DNA of 44,611 nucleotides from Candidatus Oleincola secundus (lineage in GTDB: Bacteria > Atribacterota > Phoenicimicrobiia > Phoenicimicrobiales > Stramentimicrobiaceae): assembly GCA_018400815.1 (NCBI GenBank), contig JAGYLS010000007.1:1-44611 (forward strand), given 5' to 3'. Within the stretch, counting starts at the first letter, position 1, and every line of letters begins with the position of its first letter. Below the pieces are notes generated by a model. That model saw only the letters and a program-made list of their open reading frames with translations, was not told the origin of the DNA and searched no databases. Positions 9,387 to 18,947 of this stretch are shown here, one piece after another. The position numbers and the translations under genes were made by a program.

Positions 9387-10457
9387 ATATTTATAATACG
9401 CTGCACATGACCCTTCACCAGAGACCATGCAGGCCCCAATGGGATTTTCCGGTGTACAGACTTTTTTAAAAAGAGGGCATTGTAAGGGGGTTATCAGTCC
9501 CCTTAAAACTTCTCCGCATCGGCACCGTGGATTTTCTTGAGATTTTTCAATTTCAACTGCGAAATTTCTGGCATTCATGAAAGAGAATTCAGGCTTCAAA
9601 TCCAACCCGCTTTTTTCTACTTTGCCTATCCCACGCCACCGGCTATCGATAGGGGAAAATACTTCTTCAATTTTTTTAAGAGCAACGGGGTTCCCCTCTT
9701 CCCTAACTGCCCGACGATACTGGTTTTCTACAAAGGGTTTTTGCTCTATCTTCTGCTTAATAAGGTGATAAATAGCTATAAGAATATCAACCGGTTCAAA
9801 TCCGGCGATTACACAGGGAACAGAATATTGTTGAGGTATAAATTGATAAGGTTGTGTCCCAATAATTGTGCTGACGTGACCGGGACATAAAAATCCATCG
9901 ATTTTAGCTTCTCTGCTTTGAAGTAATTCTCTCATAATAGGAGGCATTACCTTGGCCATGCTTAATAAGTAAAAATTTTGCAAAGACTTTTTGGTAGCTT
10001 CCAGAACAACACTAGCTAATAACGGTATTGTTGTTTCAAAACCGATTCCAATAAGAATAATCTTTTTCTGCGGAAACCGGTAAGCTAATTCCAAAGCCTG
10101 CAAAGGTGTATAAATTACCTGAACATCAGCCCCTTTGGCTTTCTCCTGCTTAAGACTGGATGAACTACCCGGAACATTAATCATATCACCAAATGTAGCT
10201 ATGATGACTTCATCCATTCTTGCCAAAGCAACAATATGGTCAATACCTGAAATTGGTGTAACACAAACCGGACATCCGGGACCGGAGATTAGATGAATAT
10301 TTTCCGGTAACATGTCTTTCAGCCCGGAACGAAAAATTGAAACAGTATGCGTACCGCATACTTCCATCAAGTTTATCTTTTTTTTCGTTAATTTTCTTAT
10401 TTCTTGGATGAGAGATTGACAAAGAGCTTTATCCCGATATTCATCTCTATACTTCAA
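9372..10457 (-). CDS. hypD: Hydrogenase maturation protein HypD
   Basis: 'MEVCGTHT', 'GPGCPVCV', 'GFETT', 'PGHVS', 'GACMVSGEGSCAAYY'. Confidence 0.98.
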   Translation of the reverse strand: MKYRDEYRDKALCQSLIQEIRKLTKKKINLMEVCGTHTVSIFRSGLKDMLPENIHLISGPGCPVCVTPISGIDHIVALARMDEVIIATFGDMINVPGSSSSLKQEKAKGADVQVIYTPLQALELAYRFPQKKIILIGIGFETTIPLLASVVLEATKKSLQNFYLLSMAKVMPPIMRELLQSREAKIDGFLCPGHVSTIIGTQPYQFIPQQYSVPCVIAGFEPVDILIAIYHLIKQKIEQKPFVENQYRRAVREEGNPVALKKIEEVFSPIDSRWRGIGKVEKSGLDLKPEFSFMNARNFAVEIEKSQENPRCRCGEVLRGLITPLQCPLFKKVCTPENPIGACMVSGEGSCAAYYKYSIGS

Positions 10458-10669
10458 AGCCCTATTTCCTCCCAGGCGCGATTAACTTCATTGGCCTCTT
10501 TTGCATTAATTTTAGTAATTGCATATCCGGCATGAATAAGAACATAATCACCTTTGCTAACATCAGGCAAAAGGTCTAATCTGATAGTTTTTTTTATTCC
10601 TCCTAAAAGTACTTCCGCCTGCTCCGAATTTATTTTTTTTGTTATTTTCCCAGGTATGGCTAGACACAT
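10454..10669 (-). CDS. hypC: Hydrogenase chaperone HypC
   Basis: 'MCLAIPGKI', 'GDYVLIHAGYA'. Confidence 0.98.
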   Translation of the reverse strand: MCLAIPGKITKKINSEQAEVLLGGIKKTIRLDLLPDVSKGDYVLIHAGYAITKINAKEANEVNRAWEEIGL

Positions 10670-10742
10670 TCAAATTACCTCTTTTAAAATATTTTTTATA
10701 TTTTCACATTCACTGTTACTATATGCCCATATAATGACTATC

Positions 10743-13019
10743 TCATGTTTTGGCATTGGCAATTACTGCCTGTCCTAATGAGATGCAGGCATCATTGGGT
10801 GGCATCTTTTGGTGAATATAAATCTTAAAATCCTCTTCTTTTAATTTTCCTATAATTCGATTCAACAAGAAACTATTTTGAAAAACTCCTCCACTTAGAA
10901 CAACCAAATTAATGTTATATTTATTTCTCATTTTAACACACATGGAAAGCGTTAAATCAGCAATGGTATTATGAAATTTGGTGGCTATTTTCTCCATATT
11001 TTCATGTTTTTCCATTTCATGGATGATCTGAAGAAACATCGCTTCTGTATTGACAATCCAGTTGGATGCTTCTTCTTCAATAGAATATGAATAATGATCC
11101 CTATACTTTGATTGGCACATAGCTTCCAATTCCACGGCTGCTTGTCCTTCAAAATTCACCTCGTCCTTTAAGTTTATCAGGGCAGCAATTGCATCAAATA
11201 ATCTACCGCAACTGGAAGTAAAAGGTGAATTAATTCTTTTATCTAGCATTTGATTTAACAGGTACAGCTCTTTGCTGGTCCTTCTTTTAATTAATTCTAA
11301 ATTAGAATTAGCAATCTTCTCTCCAAAGATAGAATAAAGATAACTGTATGCCATCCTCCATGGTTGGCTAATCGCCTGCTCTCCACCTGGCATAGCCTGA
11401 TATTGTAAATGACCCACTCTGCAATAATCCTTTAAATTGGCAACTAAAAACTCCCCACCCCAAATATGATTGTCTTTACCCAAACCGCTTCCATCAAAGG
11501 CAATACCAATTACCTTTTCAGTCAAGTGATTTTCCGCCATGCAACTGGCAATATGTGCATGATGGTGTTGAATCCTTAACAAAGGCAATCCTTTTTTTTG
11601 GGCTACTTGTTCTGCATAAGATGTGGATAAATAATCAGGATGCAGGTCGCAAGCAATAATTTCAGGATTAAATTGAAAAACTCTACTTAAACGATTAACT
11701 GCTTCCTGATATGCTTCAAAACTATCCTTATTCTTCAAGTCACCAAGATGTTGGCTGGGGAAGGCATAATGGTCGCGGGTAAAACAAACTGTATTTTTTT
11801 GCTCAGGTCCTACGCCAAGAATCTGTTTACTATTTTTAGATAGAACAATAGGAAAAGGCGCATATCCTCTGGATCTTCGTATAAATATTGGTCGATTGTA
11901 AGATATTTTCAGAACAGAATCATCGCAACGATTGTAAATCGCCCGATTATGAATAAGCAAAAAATCAACCCGATGAGCTAACTTTTGAAAAGCTTCTTCA
12001 TTTTGAATAATAATCGGTTCATCAGAAAAATTAGCACTAGTCATAACCAATACCAAACCACTTTTTTGCAGTAATAAAAAATGTAAGGGAGTGTAAGGCA
12101 ACATTACTCCAATACAATCATTACCCGGAGCAATTTCAGGTGACAGATAGTTATCTTTTTGCTTTTTTAAGATAACTATCGGTTTTTCCTTACTTTCCAG
12201 ATATTCCCTAGCATATTCTGAAAGATGACAAAAAGTTCGCACTCTATCGCTATTCTCAACCATGACTGCAAATGGTTTTTCATCTCTTTGTTTAATTTCT
12301 CTTAATCTTAGTACGGCTGAGCAATTACTTGCATCACAAGCCAGATGAAATCCACCTAATCCTTTTATGGCACCAATCTGACCTTTAATTAACCTATTTT
12401 GTGCTTCCTCAATAGGGTCTTTAGTTACTATTTTTTTATTACCTTCATACAAACAAACCTCAGGCCCACAGACCGGACAAGCATTTGGTTGAGCATGGTA
12501 GCGACGATTATTTATATCATTATACTCTGCATTACAGTCGGGACACATGGAAAAATTTTTCATAGTAGTTTTCCCACGATCATATGGCATGTCTTCAATA
12601 ATAGTAAAACGAGGCCCGCAATTAGTACAATTAATAAAAGGATAACGATAACGACGATCAGCAGGATTGTTTAATTCCCTTAAACAATCTTCGCAAACGG
12701 AGACATCAGGCGGCATAAGGATTATGGGATGCTCATGATTGTTATTGCTTTCCTTTATTTTAAAGTTAGCATAACCCAACCATGGTAATTTCTTAACTTT
12801 AATATCCTCAATAATTGCCAATGGAGGAAGATTGTCTTTAAAATTTTCGAGAAAAAATTTAATATTATTTTCTTCTCCTTCTATTTCCATTTCAACACCC
12901 TGGTTAGAATTACAAACCCAACCAGCCAAATGATATTTCTGAACTAATTTATGGATATAAGGGCGAAACCCAACTCCCTGAACAATCCCATGTATTGTGA
13001 TACGATTTCTTATTTTCAT
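10743..13019 (-). CDS. hypF: Carbamoyltransferase HypF
   Basis: Acylphosphatase domain 'GIVQGVGFRP', two Zn fingers, 'QHHHAH', 'TSSCGRLFD', 'PPNDACISLGQ'. Confidence 0.98.
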   Translation of the reverse strand: MKIRNRITIHGIVQGVGFRPYIHKLVQKYHLAGWVCNSNQGVEMEIEGEENNIKFFLENFKDNLPPLAIIEDIKVKKLPWLGYANFKIKESNNNHEHPIILMPPDVSVCEDCLRELNNPADRRYRYPFINCTNCGPRFTIIEDMPYDRGKTTMKNFSMCPDCNAEYNDINNRRYHAQPNACPVCGPEVCLYEGNKKIVTKDPIEEAQNRLIKGQIGAIKGLGGFHLACDASNCSAVLRLREIKQRDEKPFAVMVENSDRVRTFCHLSEYAREYLESKEKPIVILKKQKDNYLSPEIAPGNDCIGVMLPYTPLHFLLLQKSGLVLVMTSANFSDEPIIIQNEEAFQKLAHRVDFLLIHNRAIYNRCDDSVLKISYNRPIFIRRSRGYAPFPIVLSKNSKQILGVGPEQKNTVCFTRDHYAFPSQHLGDLKNKDSFEAYQEAVNRLSRVFQFNPEIIACDLHPDYLSTSYAEQVAQKKGLPLLRIQHHHAHIASCMAENHLTEKVIGIAFDGSGLGKDNHIWGGEFLVANLKDYCRVGHLQYQAMPGGEQAISQPWRMAYSYLYSIFGEKIANSNLELIKRRTSKELYLLNQMLDKRINSPFTSSCGRLFDAIAALINLKDEVNFEGQAAVELEAMCQSKYRDHYSYSIEEEASNWIVNTEAMFLQIIHEMEKHENMEKIATKFHNTIADLTLSMCVKMRNKYNINLVVLSGGVFQNSFLLNRIIGKLKEEDFKIYIHQKMPPNDACISLGQAVIANAKT

Positions 13020-13053
13020 TTTTCTTTTCCTGGAATATTTGTGTGTGTAAATC

Positions 13054-13085
13054 AGTATCGTGTATCGAGTATATAGTATCGAGTC
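13054..13085 (+). repeat. Heptamer tandem array (NGTATCG)x4
   Basis: agtatcg tgtatcg agtatat agtatcg agtc. Confidence 0.85.
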
Positions 13086-13340
13086 AAAAAACCAAAACTA
13101 TAAAAAAATAAGTGCAATCTAAGTTAAGGATTCACCTAAAGCTATTTTATAAAAATATTTTTTAACTATTAACTGTTTATTTTTATTTTGCCATTAACGT
13201 ATTCTAATCCATTAACAATATAATTTATTTTTTTTGTTCTATTCATTGTCTTTTTTGTTTTTTAATTTTTCTGCCATACTCAACCTTTGCCTAAAAATAT
13301 TTCTACATATGGTAAATTTATATCTTGATTCTGAATTTTT

Positions 13341-13375
13341 CTTTACTACATACTACATACCCGATACTCGATACT
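13341..13375 (-). repeat. Heptamer tandem array, inverted relative to 13054-13085
   Basis: ctttact acatact acatacc cgatact cgatact. Confidence 0.85.
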
Positions 13376-13384
13376 ATTGTACTT

Positions 13385-14038
13385 TCATTTATTCCTTACA
13401 ATCTTTTCAATCCAATCATACCAGCTTTGCATTCCCTTGTTAGTCAGACATGATATTTCAATAATTTTCATGTCAAGTCTAATATTTAAAGCTTCATTTT
13501 TCAAGCGTTCGAGATTAAAAGAAATATAAGGCAATAAGTCTACTTTGTTAATCAGTAGAACATCACATTTTCTGAAAATAACCGGATATTTAATAACTTT
13601 ATCATCACCTTCGGGAACACTGACCAGATTGACCCGATACTTTTCTCCTAAATCAAAACCTGCCGGGCAAACCAAATTACCTACATTTTCAATAAAGAAT
13701 ATATCAATTTTAGTAAAGTCAAATGCCGACAATGCTTTGTTTACCATATTGGCATCTAAATGACAGGCACCATCAGTGTTGATCTGGGCAACTTGAACAT
13801 CATATTTACCGATGCGCTGTGCATCACGGTCTGTTTGTAAATCTCCTTCTAAAACTGCGATATTTATTTTCTCTCCAAGTTTATTAATTGTTTTTTCTAA
13901 TAAACTGGTTTTTCCTGAACCCGGAGAGCTCATCATATTAATTACCGGTATATGGTAATGACTGAAAACCTGTCTGTTTTTCAAAGCCATATCTTCGTTA
14001 CTTTTCATAATATTTGAAAATACTTTAATCCTGGTCAA
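13385..14038 (-). CDS. hypB: Hydrogenase nickel incorporation GTPase HypB
   Basis: 'SSPGSGKTSL', 'EGD', 'ACHLDA', 'ENVGNLVCP', 'NKVD'; TTG start; no His-rich N-terminus. Confidence 0.97.
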   Translation of the reverse strand: MTRIKVFSNIMKSNEDMALKNRQVFSHYHIPVINMMSSPGSGKTSLLEKTINKLGEKINIAVLEGDLQTDRDAQRIGKYDVQVAQINTDGACHLDANMVNKALSAFDFTKIDIFFIENVGNLVCPAGFDLGEKYRVNLVSVPEGDDKVIKYPVIFRKCDVLLINKVDLLPYISFNLERLKNEALNIRLDMKIIEISCLTNKGMQSWYDWIEKIVRNK

Positions 14039-14099
14039 CTTTATCTCCTCTCAAGGATTTATTATAATTTGCTTCAGTTTCTTTAATAATACAATATCT

Positions 14100-14519
14100 T
14101 CAATACCTGTCGTTATAGCAGCACTTCTTAAAAAACCTTTCTGCAATTAGCAAAGCTGCAAAATCATCATAAGGACAAGGGGGAATAAGAAAAGATATAG
14201 GAAAAATTCTCAATAAGCCAGTTGGTGGATGATAATCAAAATAACGCTTTCTTGCCTGCATAGTAGTATATTTTTCAACTACCTTTATTACCTTAATACT
14301 GGGAAATCTTTTTTCAATATTTCTTATGATTTCTCCAGAGTTAGTTCCACTGCCAATTAAGACATTATTTATCTTATATTTTTGCAAATATATTTCTATT
14401 TTTTGAATCAACTCTTCCGTATCAACTACTTCGCCTGCAATAAAACATAATTGGTTATCAACAACAGCAATACCGCATTTCTTTTTCCCCGGATCAATCG
14501 CTAAAACAATTCTAATCAT
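14100..14519 (-). CDS. YqgF/RNase H-fold nuclease-like protein
   Basis: 'VLAIDPGKKKCGIAV', 'VEKYTT..AR.RYF', 'YDDFAA'. Confidence 0.8.
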   Translation of the reverse strand: MIRIVLAIDPGKKKCGIAVVDNQLCFIAGEVVDTEELIQKIEIYLQKYKINNVLIGSGTNSGEIIRNIEKRFPSIKVIKVVEKYTTMQARKRYFDYHPPTGLLRIFPISFLIPPCPYDDFAALLIAERFFKKCCYNDRY

Positions 14520-14598
14520 CTATTATCAATCCTGTCCAAATAGTTAATGTATAATTATACCATTTATGTCCAGAATTACTTCGCTTGGGGAAATTTGG

Positions 14599-15372
14599 CT
14601 AAAGAGTAATACGCTCAGGATGAGTATAAATATTCATCCTTTTCCCACGGGTAAAGCCAATTAGGGTTATGCAGTATAAATTTGCCATCCTAACTGCACT
14701 ATCAGTAACGGCTGCCCTAGAAATAACAATTGGAATATCTGCATTAATTATTTTCTTAATAATTCCCGAGGTAATGCGGCAAGAGGTTAGCATAATCTTA
14801 TCATTGGTATCAATATCTTTTAACAATGCCTCTCCCAAAACTCTATCTATGGTATTATAACGACTGATATCCTCGCTAAACAATATAATTGTACCATCTG
14901 TATCTGCCAAAGCACAGCTGTGTACACCACCACTTAATTTAAAAAAAGAAGCTTTTTCTTGCATCTCATTAATAAGTTTATAAATAATACGGGAACTTAC
15001 TTTAGGACTATTTTGCATTTTAGAATGTAAATTTGATAACTTTCTATCTTTGGGCTGATTTTCAACTATGGAAGAAATATAGCTAATCTCCTTTAGTGAC
15101 CAAGAAGGATTTTTTACCTCTATATCAATTGATTTCCTATTTGTCTTAATTGAAATTATATCCTTCTTATTTAGCAAGATACCTGTGCTAAACAGGAATC
15201 CTACTCCTAAATACTTATAATTTCCGGGGCTGCAATTTAAGGTGATTAGTTTTTTTTGATTTATAATTATAGTTAATTCTTTTTCCCTAGCAACCAAATC
15301 TGGTACTTCTTTTTTATTATTTTCTTCAAGTCTGGTTATATTTATTTTTACTCCCTTATTATTTTTTAACAA
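14599..15372 (-). CDS. fdhD: Formate dehydrogenase accessory sulfurtransferase FdhD (divergent motifs)
   Basis: 'VARE..LTI..N', 'GFLFS.G', 'GGVHSCAL', 'LIGFTRGKRMNIYTHPERI'; next to mobA and fdhF. Confidence 0.88.
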   Translation of the reverse strand: MLKNNKGVKINITRLEENNKKEVPDLVAREKELTIIINQKKLITLNCSPGNYKYLGVGFLFSTGILLNKKDIISIKTNRKSIDIEVKNPSWSLKEISYISSIVENQPKDRKLSNLHSKMQNSPKVSSRIIYKLINEMQEKASFFKLSGGVHSCALADTDGTIILFSEDISRYNTIDRVLGEALLKDIDTNDKIMLTSCRITSGIIKKIINADIPIVISRAAVTDSAVRMANLYCITLIGFTRGKRMNIYTHPERITL

Positions 15373-16019
15373 TTATCCTTGCTCCTTTTTCGGTCTAACT
15401 CTTCTGCCCTGGTAAAATCATTTTTAAAATTAATATTAAAGAATGAATGCAAACTTGGGTCATATCTCTTAATTTCTTCTTCTTCAATAAGACGTATCTT
15501 TAAAAAGGGAAAGATACATCTTACTGATAATTTTCCCATTTTTATATTGTTTTCCATTGTTTCCAAGCAATTTTTGCTATATATTGCACATAAGGGTTCA
15601 AACAAGCCCTGACTATGGCTTGGAATAACAGCATCATAATTATCAATGTTTTTTAGCATATAACGAATTAATTTAGGCTCAATAAATGGCATATCATAAC
15701 CTATTACCAGATTATAAAAAGTTTGAGAAGAATATAAGCCAGAAAAAATACCACCTAACGGTCCCTTTTTAGGATAAATATCTTCTATTACTCTCTTAAA
15801 ACTAGGAAATCTTTTCTTCGGACCCACAATAAGAATGTCTTTTTCTGAAAAAACTCCAACTGAAAGAATATTGGAAATTACCCTATCCATGAGGTTAGTA
15901 CCCAATAATTTCATTTTCCCCTTGTCTTTATTTAAGCCGATTCTACTGCTTTTCCCACCTGCTAAAATGAGTACAGTAATTGGAAAAAGGTTTTTAATAT
16001 CATGGTGGTCTTTTTTCAT
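15366..16019 (-). CDS. mobA: Molybdenum cofactor guanylyltransferase
   Basis: 'LAGGKSSR.G..K', 'GPLGGI', 'DMPF', 'EPLCAIY', 'FFNIN'. Confidence 0.95.
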   Translation of the reverse strand: MKKDHHDIKNLFPITVLILAGGKSSRIGLNKDKGKMKLLGTNLMDRVISNILSVGVFSEKDILIVGPKKRFPSFKRVIEDIYPKKGPLGGIFSGLYSSQTFYNLVIGYDMPFIEPKLIRYMLKNIDNYDAVIPSHSQGLFEPLCAIYSKNCLETMENNIKMGKLSVRCIFPFLKIRLIEEEEIKRYDPSLHSFFNINFKNDFTRAEELDRKRSKDNC

Positions 16020-16058
16020 TTTTTACCAAAATATAAGAAGTATCTTTTAAAAATTCTT

Positions 16059-18755
16059 TCAGGAAGATATTTTTTTAACTTTAACAGCACATACTTTGTA
16101 TTCAGGTATTTTGGCAACCGGATCCAAAGCAGCATTGGTTAATAAATTAGCTGCGGCTTCATGGAAATGAAAACTCATAAAAACTACGCCTTTATCAGAT
16201 TTTTCAGTCACTTTAGCCTTTGCCTGAATTTTTCCTCTTCGAGAAGCAACTTCAATCTTTTCTCCATCTTCAATATTTAATTCCTGAGCATCCTTAGGAC
16301 TTATTTCAACCAAAGCTTCCGGATAAATCTCATTTAATCCTTTGGATCTTCTGGTAACTGTACCAGTATGGAAATGATATAAGACCCGACCTGTAGTAAA
16401 CATTAGTGGATATTCTTCATCTGGAAGTTCAGCAGCTTCTCTGAATTCTACTGCAAAAAATTTTCCTTTTCCTCTGGTAAATTTACCCTTGTGTAAAAAT
16501 TTAGTTCCCGGGTGATTAGCATCAAGACAAGGCCATTGTAATCCTTCTTTATCCAGTCTCGGGTAAAATATTCCACCATAAATAGGAGTAAGTCTGGCAA
16601 TTTCTTCCATAATTTCCGATGGATGGTTATAACTCATTTGGTAACCCATTTTCTGGGCTAAATCAGATATCATTTGCCATTCCGGTCTTGCTTCTCCAAT
16701 CGGTTCAATTGCCTTTCTTATCCTTTGTACCCGTCTTTCAGTATTAGTAATTGTACCGTCTTTTTCTGCAAAGCTTACTCCGGGCAAAACTACATCCGCC
16801 AGCTCAGCAGTTTCAGTCATAAACATATCAGAGACTACTAAAAAATCTGTTTTCTTTAATGCCTCTCGAGCATGATTTAGATCAGGGTCAGACATGGCTG
16901 GGTTTTCAGCCATAATAAAGACACCTTTAACCTTTCCTTCATAGGTCGCATTTAGTATTTCAACAACTGTCAAGCCTACTTTGTCAGACAAAGGCACTCC
17001 CCATGCTTTAGAAAACTTTTCATTAATTTTGGGGTCAATTATTTTCTGGTAACCGGAATACACATCGGGCAATGCTCCCAAATCACACGCACCCTGAACA
17101 TTACTTTGACCGCGTAATGGGTTTACTCCCGTATTTTCTTTTCCTACATTTCCTGTCAACATTGCTATATTTGCAGTAGAAAGCACATTGTCTGTGCCGG
17201 TGGTATGTTGAGTAATCCCCATTGAATAAATCAATGAAGTACTATCTGATTTTGCGTAAATGCGAGCTGCTTTTCTGATATCCTCAGCAGCTACACCAGT
17301 AATCTTTTCTACTATTTCCGGCTTATACTTCAACACAACTTCTTTAAGCTTTTCATAATCCTCAGTTCTTTCTTTAATAAAATCTTTGTCTTCTAATCCT
17401 TCACTAATAATAACATTCATCAACCCATTAAATAGTGCCACATCTGTACCAGGTTTTTGTCTTAACCATAAAGTTGCATATTTGGTTAATTCTATTTCTC
17501 TGGGATCCGCAACAATTAACTTTGCCCCGTTCTTAGTTACTGCCTCTTTGATTTCCAAAGCAATAATCGGGTGGTTTTCAGTAGTATTGGAGCCAGTTAG
17601 ATAAATTGCTGAAGCATTGGCAATTTCTTTGATAGAGTTGGTCATAGCCCCGCTTCCAAACGATTGTGCTAGTCCGGCCACAGTGGCAGAATGACAAAGG
17701 CGAGCGCAATGGTCTACATTATTAGTCCCTAAAACAGCCCTGGCAAATTTCATTAAGAGAAAATTTTCTTCATTAGTACATTTAGCAGAAGAAAGAACTG
17801 CCAAACTATTACTGCCATTTTCTTTTTTAATCTCCTTAAACCTATTGCTAATTAACTGAAGGGCATCTTCCCATGATGCCGGTTCTAATTTTCCATTTTT
17901 TCTAATTAAAGGGGTTGTTAAGCGATCGTCTCTATGAATGTAGTCATTACCAAAACGGCCTTTAACACATAGATTGATTCCATTTACTACACTATCAGCA
18001 TTGGAAGTAACCTTTACTACTTTTCCATCTTTGACATTGAGATCAAAACCACAACCACATCCACAATAATTACAGGTAGTATGAACTTTCTGGAATTCCC
18101 AGACTCTGCCTTTCCCCTGGGCTTCTTTATCAATAAGCGCTCCTACAGGGCAAACCGCTTCACATTGACCGCAAAATTCGCACCTTGAATTGATTAAATC
18201 AACTCCCCCCTCAACTACAATTTCTGTTTTATTACCACGATGAGCAAAATCAATGACATGGGATCGTTGGATTTCATTACACATTTCTACACATCGACCA
18301 CATAACACACATTTATTCATGTCTCTTAATATAAAGGGGTTGCTATCATCAATTAACTTTTGCTCTTTATTTTGGAGGAACTGAGATTGCTTGACACCTA
18401 ATTCATAAGCATATTTTTCTAATAAACACGATCCACTCTTCTCACAAGTCATACAATCCAGGGGATGATTAGCTAAAAGTAACTCCAGAATCATCCTTCG
18501 TGCTTCTAAAACTCTATTACTATGTGTATATATTTTCATATTCCTTCTGACAGGATATACACACGAGGCAACTAAAGCAGGATTACCAATAACTTCTACC
18601 ACACAAATACGACAGGCACCCGGTTGAAACCCGAGTTCAGGCATGGAACATAAAGCCGGTATCTTGATACCCAATTGCTTTGCAGCATCCATGATAGTTA
18701 TTCCTTCTTTAACACTTACAGGCTGATCATTTATAGTAATATTAATATAGGACAC
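16059..18755 (-). CDS. fdhF: Formate dehydrogenase alpha subunit (Mo/W-bisPGD, Cys-ligated) with NuoG-like Fe-S N-terminus
   Basis: 2Fe-2S, His-Cys3 and 2x4Fe-4S N-terminal motifs; 'CNYCGCGC', 'DHCARLCHS', 'PLRGQSNVQG', 'PEYK'; GTG start. Confidence 0.96.
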   Translation of the reverse strand: MSYINITINDQPVSVKEGITIMDAAKQLGIKIPALCSMPELGFQPGACRICVVEVIGNPALVASCVYPVRRNMKIYTHSNRVLEARRMILELLLANHPLDCMTCEKSGSCLLEKYAYELGVKQSQFLQNKEQKLIDDSNPFILRDMNKCVLCGRCVEMCNEIQRSHVIDFAHRGNKTEIVVEGGVDLINSRCEFCGQCEAVCPVGALIDKEAQGKGRVWEFQKVHTTCNYCGCGCGFDLNVKDGKVVKVTSNADSVVNGINLCVKGRFGNDYIHRDDRLTTPLIRKNGKLEPASWEDALQLISNRFKEIKKENGSNSLAVLSSAKCTNEENFLLMKFARAVLGTNNVDHCARLCHSATVAGLAQSFGSGAMTNSIKEIANASAIYLTGSNTTENHPIIALEIKEAVTKNGAKLIVADPREIELTKYATLWLRQKPGTDVALFNGLMNVIISEGLEDKDFIKERTEDYEKLKEVVLKYKPEIVEKITGVAAEDIRKAARIYAKSDSTSLIYSMGITQHTTGTDNVLSTANIAMLTGNVGKENTGVNPLRGQSNVQGACDLGALPDVYSGYQKIIDPKINEKFSKAWGVPLSDKVGLTVVEILNATYEGKVKGVFIMAENPAMSDPDLNHAREALKKTDFLVVSDMFMTETAELADVVLPGVSFAEKDGTITNTERRVQRIRKAIEPIGEARPEWQMISDLAQKMGYQMSYNHPSEIMEEIARLTPIYGGIFYPRLDKEGLQWPCLDANHPGTKFLHKGKFTRGKGKFFAVEFREAAELPDEEYPLMFTTGRVLYHFHTGTVTRRSKGLNEIYPEALVEISPKDAQELNIEDGEKIEVASRRGKIQAKAKVTEKSDKGVVFMSFHFHEAAANLLTNAALDPVAKIPEYKVCAVKVKKISS

Positions 18756-18947
18756 TGCTTAAATCACCTCTTTCAAATTTTGTAACAGTTTGTTCTTATA
18801 TCAGTAATATAAATTTAAATAGTTGTTGTCTTTTATTTATTTAGTACATTTATAAAACTTAAATCTTTTATGTTTACTATCAATCGATAGTCATTATAAT
18901 TATCTTATTTCCTTTAAGTTAACATCATACCAATATTAACAATACTT

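Noticed and set aside
9052..13375. CRISPR array from the recurring GTATCG motifs
   Set aside because: Units are 7-bp tandem repeats with no repeat-spacer periodicity, and there are no cas genes.
13234..13443. 69-aa ORF as cargo of the heptamer cassette
   Set aside because: Low complexity, runs through the repeat into antisense hypB, and has no RBS or motif.
16059..18755. Selenocysteine recoding in FDH or hydrogenase subunits
   Set aside because: The FDH active site is encoded as Cys (ARLCH), and FdhF, MbhL and the NuoF-like ORFs are uninterrupted.
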